A DNA stretch of 19,152 nucleotides from Planctomycetales bacterium (GTDB lineage Bacteria; 4484-113), in assembly GCA_037445915.1 (NCBI GenBank), contig JBBIJQ010000033.1:1-19152 (forward strand), read 5' to 3'. Shown piece by piece: positions 6,391-13,689 of this stretch. Position 1 is the first letter of the stretch. Each line of letters opens with the position of its first letter. The notes below the pieces were generated by a model, which made no database searches, had not been told where the DNA came from, and saw only the letters and a program-made list of their open reading frames with translations. Made by a program: the position numbers and the translations under genes.

Positions 6391-8979
6391 GTGACAGCCA
6401 TAACCTGGCAAAAACTGAGGTCCTTTGGGGTATTGATCATATCCCTTGCCATCCTCACTATTGCCGCTGGAGTTCTGTACTCCTGCGGCGGTGGTGGGAC
6501 GGATGTGATCGTCCCGCCCCCTGTGACTGCTGATGAACAGCAAGGACTAACTAATAGGCCTATAATCGGCAGCATCTCCCCTGCCGTCGCAAGCCCGGGC
6601 CAAAACATTACTATTACAGGGTTCTACTTTGGCGATACAGAAGGAACCTCGTCCCTGGTAACAATTGGCGGGAGGCGCTTCACCATCAAGACCTGGTCCA
6701 ACCAGATCATTGAGGCAACAGTGCCTGCCAATGCGACGAGCGGCATTGTCGTGGTGACAGTGGGGACGCTTTCAAGCCGCAGCGGCGTGAACGCGCAGCT
6801 TTTCATCGGCACGGCGCCGCCAAGCGGCGAGCCAATGATAGTCGCGCTCTCTCACGACACTGCCCCCGTTGGCACGCGCATCACGTTATTTGGCTTTAAC
6901 TTCGGCGCTGCACAAGGCGAATCTCGCGTAACATTCGCCGGCGCAGATAGCGGCAGGGTGCAAGCGCAAGTTGTAACGGAAAACGTCAACGGCACTCCGC
7001 GGACGATGTGGAATAACACTAGCATCCAAGTGCTGGTGCCGCCCAATTCTGCTACCGGTCCGGTGATGGTTACAGTTGGGCAGATGAACTCCAACGCCAA
7101 CTTCACCTTCATCCCCCTCCCGCCGCCACCTGATTACGGGAATGCGCCGATTATCACCTCGCTGAGCCCAGATCGCGGGCCCGCGGGCACCGCCGTGACC
7201 ATAACCGGAAACAACTTCGGCTACTCGCGCGGCATCTCCGTCGTGAGCATCGGCGGCATACCCCTGCAGGTTGTGACCTGGTCTGACAGCCAGATCGTCG
7301 CCGTAATTCCGCAAAACGCCTCTACAAACCTTGTGCGCGTCCTTGTTGGTGGGGTCGTGGCCGAGTCGCCTCACGTTTTCATTGTTGAGATGGTGCCGTT
7401 CCTGACTGCTCTCCAGCCCAACGTACTCCAAGTTGGCACGCAGCTCAGAATTTCCGGGCGCAACTTCGGCCAGGACAAGGGCAGCATTCGCCTTACCCCA
7501 ACCGGCAGTTCCACTACGGGGCAAAGCATTACAAACATAAGCGGCGCCAGCATTACTTCCTGGAGCGATACTGAAGTTGTAGTCAGCTCTCTGCCTCAGC
7601 TTAACTCCGACGCCGGAATCCCGTTGGAAGTGACGCTTCTCTCCGGAGCCAGCCCCCCGCTGCAATCCGGTAACTCAATCATCGTTAACGTTCACAGCTC
7701 GGTGGAAGCCACTCTTACCGTGGACCGCCCGGCCGGCGTCGCCAACTCCCAGCCGCCATTTGAGTTCACGGTGGGCGTCGGTGGTGGCATCCCCCCTTAC
7801 AAAGTTGAGTATATGTTCGACGACGGCACTTCATTCACTTCACCGTCCGCCGTGTACACAACCGCCAGCACCAGTCATATTTACGCTAATCCGGGCACTT
7901 TCATCCCCGAAGTCCGCGTCACCGATGACGCGGGCAGGGGCAGCCGCAAGACCGTCAGCGGCTCACCCATACTTGTCGTTGCGCAGGGGCAACCTGTCAT
8001 ATACAATGTCAGGGTTAAGACACTTGGCACCTCATTCCCCACAAACGCAGATTTCAAGGCCAACACTGAAGTTGGCGCTTACTTTGGAACTTACCAGAAC
8101 GGCGTGTATAACTTTGACGAGACCTTCCTTCCTATCCTTTCGCAAGTAGGCCTTGACTTCATGGCTTATGCGAAACGCAAGGAAGGGCTATTTGGCGCCC
8201 AAGAGATTGACGGCTTATGGGTTGGCGGCAGGCCTTACGCCTACCGTTTTGGCGGCGGCAGCATAATTGACATCTTTGGCTACAACCTGAACGCAGGGAG
8301 TTTCGGAGGTGCCCATGTGCTGAACCTTAACTACGAGACCGGTTTGGGAGATCCCTTCTCTATTAGCAATGGCAGCCCGAGCATCTTCGCTTGGACTGAT
8401 GAGTCAATCCAGTTTAAGGTGCCAAATGTTTCTAATCAGATAGGCGGCACTCTTGGCATTGTCTTTGACCCAGCCACTGGCATCGCTCCCATAAAATCAC
8501 CTCAGGCGTTAGTTGCAGCCCCTTCACTGTCAGGCTACACGCCCAATACGGTGAACATGCACACTGTCATTGACATCAACCTCAATGACGCTGTTCCCCC
8601 CATAGTTAACACGAGCTACATCGGGACTAAGGCTTACATGTTCTGGACCTTCCCGGCGCAGGACGCCAATACCAGCGCTCCTTACAACTACGACCGCAAC
8701 GGCGACGGCAGCAACGACAACTACCTCCTGCCCGGCGGCATCCCCATAACACTGCTGCCCGACCAGAAGATAATTACGTTTGACCTGTCCACCATTAGCG
8801 ACGGCGGCCCGTATGCTGCACGCGAAGCAACCTCCACGAATGTCCAGGCGGTTACTCCCCGCGCAGGCAATTGGAAGGTCTTCCTTTGGGTAGGCGTTAA
8901 GGCCAGCCCGTTTGCGGAGAGCTTTGCCAACACCGGCATCATCTCCAACGAGCTGACTATCATCAACGTAACGCCATAG
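6391..8979 (+). CDS. Surface (lipo)protein with IPT/TIG repeats and a PKD domain
   Basis: Hydrophobic N-terminus ending LYSC-GGGG (lipobox-like). Four IPT/TIG repeats (PxIxSxSP...GxxITITGxxFG...WSxxxIxxxVP). A PKD domain (GGIPPYKVEYMFDDG...HIYANPGTF..VRVTD), a fifth split IPT-like unit, and a DRNGDG Ca-binding-like loop near the C-terminus. Confidence 0.9.
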   Translation: MTAITWQKLRSFGVLIISLAILTIAAGVLYSCGGGGTDVIVPPPVTADEQQGLTNRPIIGSISPAVASPGQNITITGFYFGDTEGTSSLVTIGGRRFTIKTWSNQIIEATVPANATSGIVVVTVGTLSSRSGVNAQLFIGTAPPSGEPMIVALSHDTAPVGTRITLFGFNFGAAQGESRVTFAGADSGRVQAQVVTENVNGTPRTMWNNTSIQVLVPPNSATGPVMVTVGQMNSNANFTFIPLPPPPDYGNAPIITSLSPDRGPAGTAVTITGNNFGYSRGISVVSIGGIPLQVVTWSDSQIVAVIPQNASTNLVRVLVGGVVAESPHVFIVEMVPFLTALQPNVLQVGTQLRISGRNFGQDKGSIRLTPTGSSTTGQSITNISGASITSWSDTEVVVSSLPQLNSDAGIPLEVTLLSGASPPLQSGNSIIVNVHSSVEATLTVDRPAGVANSQPPFEFTVGVGGGIPPYKVEYMFDDGTSFTSPSAVYTTASTSHIYANPGTFIPEVRVTDDAGRGSRKTVSGSPILVVAQGQPVIYNVRVKTLGTSFPTNADFKANTEVGAYFGTYQNGVYNFDETFLPILSQVGLDFMAYAKRKEGLFGAQEIDGLWVGGRPYAYRFGGGSIIDIFGYNLNAGSFGGAHVLNLNYETGLGDPFSISNGSPSIFAWTDESIQFKVPNVSNQIGGTLGIVFDPATGIAPIKSPQALVAAPSLSGYTPNTVNMHTVIDINLNDAVPPIVNTSYIGTKAYMFWTFPAQDANTSAPYNYDRNGDGSNDNYLLPGGIPITLLPDQKIITFDLSTISDGGPYAAREATSTNVQAVTPRAGNWKVFLWVGVKASPFAESFANTGIISNELTIINVTP

Positions 8980-9008
8980 TGCGCGTATTGACCTGTTGAA
9001 CACATCGG

Positions 9009-9037
9009 AAGGGGGGCGTTAGCGCCCCCCTTTGTTT
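9009..9037 (+). terminator. Intrinsic terminator
   Basis: AAGGGGGGCG-TTAG-CGCCCCCCTT perfect stem running into a T-rich tail (TTTGTTT at 9031-9037), about 30 nt after the stop at 8979. Confidence 0.88.
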
Positions 9038-9076
9038 ATCCGCACCCAAGCGGATAACGGAAGGCAGGGATTAACT

Positions 9077-10063
9077 ATGAAGCCAACAAGGCTGATTGTA
9101 TTGGTGGCCGTGCTGGCAATAGCTACTGCGTGGCCTGCGCAGGCGCAGACCGTGACTATCGTGCGCCCGCAAGTCATCATTGAAGAGTTCTACGCATTTC
9201 CCCACGAAGGCGCCGCCAACAAGCTCTCTTCGTCTTACAACTACCCTGAAACGAAGAGCATTGACGTGCTTCTCCGCTTTGAAGTGACAGGTATTCAAGG
9301 CGAGCAAAAAGCGAGCGCATTCATCGCGATGGCCTCAGAGGGCAAAACCCTTGCCAAACAAAAGGAAAAGCTGAAAGTTCAGAACGGCAGGTATGAGGTC
9401 GTGATGCCTGAAGTGCTCCTGCTAAGCCGCGTTTACGGCGAGCATAATATAGAGATGGCGCTAGAGCTAGCGGTGGCAGGAGCTCCGATTGTACGCGCTG
9501 AAGCGCAGTTCAAGATTAAGGGGCGGGACTTGCCGAAGGTGGAAGTGCTGGATTACTGGATCGCCCCGGGAGGGGCATCTCAGTTTGGCGGCTTTGAGCC
9601 GGGCGACGCGGTTACAGGCGAACTCGTCTTCAAGCTCACTGGAGCAGAGAGCGCAGACATGAGCATTCGCGCCGTCGGCAAAATGGACGAGGAATACAGC
9701 CTTTCCATTGACCCGCGCGAGAGCTACCAGCGTTACGACTCATATTGGGATGAGACGCGCGGTCCGCGCCGCGACGGGACATACCTGCTAAGCTTCTACG
9801 CACACCTCCCGCGTTACTTTTACCAGGCCAGCTACAGCCATCACGATTTCACAATCTACGTAGTCTTTGAGGCCGCCGACCAAATAGTCCGCCTCGTTGG
9901 CGCGCGCGGCACAATCGTGGATTACCGGCCGGGCAGGCACCGTTACGCGGACGATGAACTGATGCGCGTGATGCAAATGTCTCGTTCCGAGACATGGCGG
10001 CTGCGCGCTATGCGCAACTTTAAGCCCGAAGATTACGGCCGCAGGTGGTTTGATGAAACCTAA
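9077..10063 (+). CDS. Secreted hypothetical protein (beta-rich, possibly two Ig-like domains)
   Basis: Start moved to ATG 9077 because the track's TTG 9032 lies in the terminator tail. Sec signal MKPTRLIVLVAVLAIATAWPAQA|Q. No family recognised. Confidence 0.8.
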   Translation: MKPTRLIVLVAVLAIATAWPAQAQTVTIVRPQVIIEEFYAFPHEGAANKLSSSYNYPETKSIDVLLRFEVTGIQGEQKASAFIAMASEGKTLAKQKEKLKVQNGRYEVVMPEVLLLSRVYGEHNIEMALELAVAGAPIVRAEAQFKIKGRDLPKVEVLDYWIAPGGASQFGGFEPGDAVTGELVFKLTGAESADMSIRAVGKMDEEYSLSIDPRESYQRYDSYWDETRGPRRDGTYLLSFYAHLPRYFYQASYSHHDFTIYVVFEAADQIVRLVGARGTIVDYRPGRHRYADDELMRVMQMSRSETWRLRAMRNFKPEDYGRRWFDET

Positions 10064-11432
10064 TGCGGGAAAAGCGCCCTTAGCCGCGCTTCTGGCTCTA
10101 GCGCTAGTATCAGCAGCGGCAGCCTTGCTTGCATCATGCCCGCGCGACAGCGAGGGCAAGCCAAAAGGCATCACTTTCCGCAATGGTGCGCTGCCCGCGC
10201 CCGGCAAGAACTCGCCGAAGTTATTGTTCGTCTCTGGCGGGAAGCTAGTGTTGATGCAGGCTGACGGCGCGCCCAAGCCGGTTTCAAGCGAAGGCCGACC
10301 GCTGATACCGGTCGTGTCGTTTGACGTGAACCTGGATACAGGAGAGGTTGCGCTTGCCTGCGGAGGCAAAGCAGGCGTTGTTCCTCTGCAGCCCAAAGCC
10401 ACGCTCAAGCCGGAGGCAGAAGAATGGCACGACCTTCGGGAAAAGGCAGGAAACGACGCTTTCATATCGCTGGTGCGCCTTTCCCCGGACGCGGCGACTC
10501 TATACGCCCTGACTTACCTTGCTGGCAGCGTTGAGTTTGGTTTTCGCCTACTCGCGGTTACGCGCAGAACACAAGAGATTGCTGAAATCCACTTCCCACA
10601 GGAACTGCGCAACTGCGAACTGCGCGACATCAAGTTTGACGGCTCGCAGACGCCGTATGTCTTGATATATGATTCGACGACCTTGGCCAGCCTCATCTAC
10701 CGAATCGCGGGCGGGAAGGCCGAGCGCGTTTTCAACACAGAAGATGCGCTCAACAAGCTGGACCTTGAGGAGGAAATTTCAGTTCCCGAAAGCATGGGCG
10801 GAATCTACTCTGTTGACCTCGCCGATTACTTCGTGCATGGAGACGAGTTGCTCCTGCCCGTCTACTTGTTGGTTGAAAGCAAGCCTGCGCCGGAAAGCCA
10901 GGAAGATGCCGGGCTTGTGGAACGAACCGAGGTTTGGCACCTTAGCCTTGCGACGAAGCAAATCGTGAAACGGCAGGAGCTTGCGCATGCCGAAGGCAAG
11001 ACGCAGTCGGACTTCTCATTCGCAATGGGACAAGACGGGCTGTATCTCGCGCGTCTCTCGTTCCCCGATGCCCCCAAGCCTCCGCTGGAAACGGATAGCG
11101 CGCAGCCTATTGGGGAAGGAAACGCGGAAACGGGCGATAAGCCAGCTGCGCCGGCCAATGCTAGGGAGTCCGAACAAGAAACCCCTGCTCCTCCAGACAG
11201 CTTCGCGATAGTGAAGTTGGACATTGCGTCAGGCAAGACAACAGAGCTGATAAGCAAGGCACTAGGCAGCGACTTTTACGGGATGTCCATCTTTCCCGAA
11301 GCAAGCGTGTGCGCCATCCTGTTGGGAACTGAGGATAAGCTAACGCTTGTCTCTTACAGCTTCACCAGCGAAACACTGCAATCGGGCATCGCCATAGATG
11401 CGCCAAACATCCAGTACTTTCCGAATAGCTAG
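10053..11432 (+). CDS. Hypothetical lipoprotein, possible beta-propeller
   Basis: ATG 10053 with AGGTGG upstream, overlapping the previous stop (translational coupling). Signal ends LLASC. Blade-like segments (LSPDAATLY, KFDGSQTPY, KLDIASGKTT) and a Pro/Glu-rich loop. Confidence 0.8.
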   Translation: MKPNAGKAPLAALLALALVSAAAALLASCPRDSEGKPKGITFRNGALPAPGKNSPKLLFVSGGKLVLMQADGAPKPVSSEGRPLIPVVSFDVNLDTGEVALACGGKAGVVPLQPKATLKPEAEEWHDLREKAGNDAFISLVRLSPDAATLYALTYLAGSVEFGFRLLAVTRRTQEIAEIHFPQELRNCELRDIKFDGSQTPYVLIYDSTTLASLIYRIAGGKAERVFNTEDALNKLDLEEEISVPESMGGIYSVDLADYFVHGDELLLPVYLLVESKPAPESQEDAGLVERTEVWHLSLATKQIVKRQELAHAEGKTQSDFSFAMGQDGLYLARLSFPDAPKPPLETDSAQPIGEGNAETGDKPAAPANARESEQETPAPPDSFAIVKLDIASGKTTELISKALGSDFYGMSIFPEASVCAILLGTEDKLTLVSYSFTSETLQSGIAIDAPNIQYFPNS

Positions 11433-12289
11433 CCCTCAAGCCGATCGTTTTTATAAAAAGCGCTGATGGCATCATCCAGCGGTGGAAGTCGCCGTAATCC
11501 GTGTGCGAAATAACGCGCCATCCCCAGGACTGCGCGTTGCGGCCTCGGCGCGGGAAGATTGAGTTCACGCGATGAAATCCTCTTAAGCGATTCCACTGGC
11601 AATCCAGCAAACGCGAATATCCTCGCCGCGAATTCATAGTAAGTAAGCGCCTCCGGGCCGCGAATGTGGTAGAGCTTTGATTCGGCAACTGGCAGTAAAG
11701 CTGCGACGGCGGCTGCGAGGTGCGGCGCATAAGTCGGCGTCGCATGCTCGTCGTCTACGACCTTCACGATGCCGTGTTCCTTGTAGTTGGCGATGACAGC
11801 GCTGGCAAAATTGCGGCCTTGCGGCGCGAAGACCTGCGCCGTGCGGATGATCATTCCCCGCTCGTAAGCCGCAACTATGCCCTCCCCTTCCAGCTTGGTC
11901 TTTCCGTAAACGTTTATTGGAGCAGGCTCGCCATCCTCGCTATACTCGCCGACAGGCTTGCCGGGGAAGACGTAGTCGGTTGAAAAGTACACAAGCACAC
12001 TGCCAGCGCTTGCTGCGGCGCGCACGACATTACCGGTTCCAACGACGTTCACCTCGCGCGCACGAGCAGGGTCGCGTTCACATTCGTTAACCTTTGTAAA
12101 CGCTGCTGTGTGGAAAACAACCGCAGGCTTCAATTCATCAAGCGCGGCAGTTAGCACTGCGGCATCAAGGATGTCCAGCTCGCTGCGCGCGTAGAGGCGG
12201 CAGGTAGAGCGGCTGCCAAGCTCTGCGTAAAGCGCGCGGCCGACCTGCCCCGCGCCGAGTATCGCAACCTTTTCGCCATCAAGCCGCAC
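11429..12289 (-). CDS. rfbD: dTDP-4-dehydrorhamnose reductase (RmlD/RfbD, extended SDR)
   Basis: GAGQVG, LDI, AAFTKVNECE, STDYVF, YGKTK, IIRT, VVDDE..TPTY, APRP. Start placed at GTG 12289 from promoter geometry; the track start is 12310. Confidence 0.93.
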   Translation of the reverse strand: MRLDGEKVAILGAGQVGRALYAELGSRSTCRLYARSELDILDAAVLTAALDELKPAVVFHTAAFTKVNECERDPARAREVNVVGTGNVVRAAASAGSVLVYFSTDYVFPGKPVGEYSEDGEPAPINVYGKTKLEGEGIVAAYERGMIIRTAQVFAPQGRNFASAVIANYKEHGIVKVVDDEHATPTYAPHLAAAVAALLPVAESKLYHIRGPEALTYYEFAARIFAFAGLPVESLKRISSRELNLPAPRPQRAVLGMARYFAHGLRRLPPLDDAISAFYKNDRLEG

Positions 12290-12295
12290 AGCGCC

Positions 12296-12324
12296 ATTGT
12301 AGTGCATCAACCTAAGTGCGGCAA
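12296..12324 (-). promoter_or_regulatory. Sigma70 promoter giving a leaderless rfbD mRNA
   Basis: Minus strand reads TTGCCG-17 nt-TACAAT, then 6 nt, then in-frame GTG 12289. Confidence 0.65.
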
Positions 12325-12376
12325 TGAGTGAAGCGCAAAGTTAAAGGTGGGATGATGCTCCTGGCCGGCGAATCTC

Positions 12377-12385
12377 TGGTAGAAT
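12377..12385 (+). promoter_or_regulatory. Extended -10 promoter of the SRP RNA gene
   Basis: TG-G-TAGAAT ends 9 nt upstream of the 5' arm of the SRP RNA terminal helix. Confidence 0.6.
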
Positions 12386-12394
12386 CAGGCCTAA

Positions 12395-12492
12395 GCCGGG
12401 GAACCCGTGTAAGGCCATGCCGCGAACCGGGTCAGGGCCGGAAGGCAGCAGCCCTAAGCGGACTAGAGCCTGTACCGCGGTTATTCCCCGGC
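12395..12492 (+). ncRNA. ffs: Signal recognition particle RNA, small bacterial type (4.5S)
   Basis: Helix-8 signature TCAGGGCCGGAAGGCAGCAGC at 12432-12452 (GGAA tetraloop, CAGG/AGCAG symmetric loop). Terminal helix GCCGGGGAA (12395-12403) pairs with TTCCCCGGC (12484-12492). Length ~98 nt, intergenic. Confidence 0.95.
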
Positions 12493-12566
12493 CCTCAGAA
12501 TAGATGCAACCTATTACCCAATTCGCGAGTCTAGTTAGGTGTATCACAAAATCGGGGGTGGCTGCG

Positions 12567-13583
12567 ATGAAACTGAAAGCTGCAGTTGGGCTGGCGATGT
12601 CCGCTTTGATTCTCATTCCGGCTGCATCTGCCGCAGAACAGGCGAAGAATACTGATGCCGAAGCAATCGCACAGGCCGACATGGCGATGAAGCAAAACGT
12701 GTTCGCAGTCCAGCTCGCAGTAGAAAGGCATAAGGCTGATTTTGGAACCTGCCCTGACAGCATGCAAGCGCTTGCAGATGAAGGGTATCTTGCCGTGATG
12801 CCTGATAATCCTTATGCAAGCCTGTGGAGCCAAGCGCCTGCGAAATGTGTTGAGGAAGATTTGAGTTTCAGGCCTACTCCTGGAGCAATTGTTTATCACC
12901 CGTATACGTTGGATGGCGACAGCCTTGGCGGATACATCATTCTCGGAGCAGGGATGAAAGGCTCAAACACGAGCGGCGTGTTTGAATACGACTTATTTTA
13001 CGGCGAGCCACGCTGGGACAGCATGAAGTATTTCATGCCTGACGGCAAAGGCGACGGAAGGCCTGAGAGTTACGTAATTATGCTCTCAAGCCCCAGCCTA
13101 ACACCGGATATGGCCGTCTCGGTAACGCACGACGCGGCCTGGCTGAACGCGCAACCCGACTACCAAGCTAAGAAAGCCCTCTACGCTATGCAGCTAGCTG
13201 TAGAACGATACGGCGTTGATAATGACGTGTACCCACCGAACCTCCAAACGCTAATTGACTTAGGCTATATCTATTGGCCGGTTAACCCGTATTACGGGCT
13301 ACGAGGGGCGCCGTTGCGCATCCCTGCATGCGCGCCAGAAGGATTTGCACCGGGTGGCGTGATCTATGAACCAATTCGCTTTGATGGCCACATTAAGGCT
13401 TACCAGATGGGCATATTTGGAGACGATCCGGACGGAGGAATTGACGCCGGCGCTCTCGTTGATGGAACCTGGCATTTCTACGATTTATTTGAGGAACCTA
13501 GGAATCCTGATGGTGTACCCGACGGCCTCATTATGGTCCTCAGCAGCGGGCCTGCGCCTGAGCGGTGCGAGACGGGAACTTGA
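12567..13583 (+). CDS. Secreted protein with two tandem GspG/type IV pilin-like globular domains
   Basis: ATG 12567 with GGGGGTG SD. Sec signal ending ASA|AEQ. Repeat 1: MKQNVFAVQLAVERHKADFGTCPDSMQALADEGYLAVMPDNPY...DGRPESYVIMLSS. Repeat 2: AKKALYAMQLAVERYGVDNDVYPPNLQTLIDLGYIYWPVNPY...DGVPDGLIMVLSS. Confidence 0.8.
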   Translation: MKLKAAVGLAMSALILIPAASAAEQAKNTDAEAIAQADMAMKQNVFAVQLAVERHKADFGTCPDSMQALADEGYLAVMPDNPYASLWSQAPAKCVEEDLSFRPTPGAIVYHPYTLDGDSLGGYIILGAGMKGSNTSGVFEYDLFYGEPRWDSMKYFMPDGKGDGRPESYVIMLSSPSLTPDMAVSVTHDAAWLNAQPDYQAKKALYAMQLAVERYGVDNDVYPPNLQTLIDLGYIYWPVNPYYGLRGAPLRIPACAPEGFAPGGVIYEPIRFDGHIKAYQMGIFGDDPDGGIDAGALVDGTWHFYDLFEEPRNPDGVPDGLIMVLSSGPAPERCETGT

Positions 13584-13640
13584 GGCTAAGCTGTACAGGC
13601 GCTGGATGCGCCTGCAAAATCGCGAGATTGCTGCTTAAGC

Positions 13641-13670
13641 AAAGGGGAGGCTGCGTAGCCTCCCCTTATT
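13641..13670. terminator. Bidirectional intrinsic terminator between convergent genes
   Basis: AAGGGGAGGCT-GCGT-AGCCTCCCCTT perfect 11-bp stem with A/T-rich flanks, between the stops at 13583 (+) and 13690 (-). Confidence 0.88.
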
Positions 13671-13689
13671 GAGTCGCCTTGGTTAGAAA

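Noticed and set aside
12328..12763. ORFs 12328..12534 (+) and 12341..12763 (-), and the extended start at 12504
   Set aside because: The two ORFs overlap the SRP RNA. ATG 12567 has an SD and gives a clean signal peptide.
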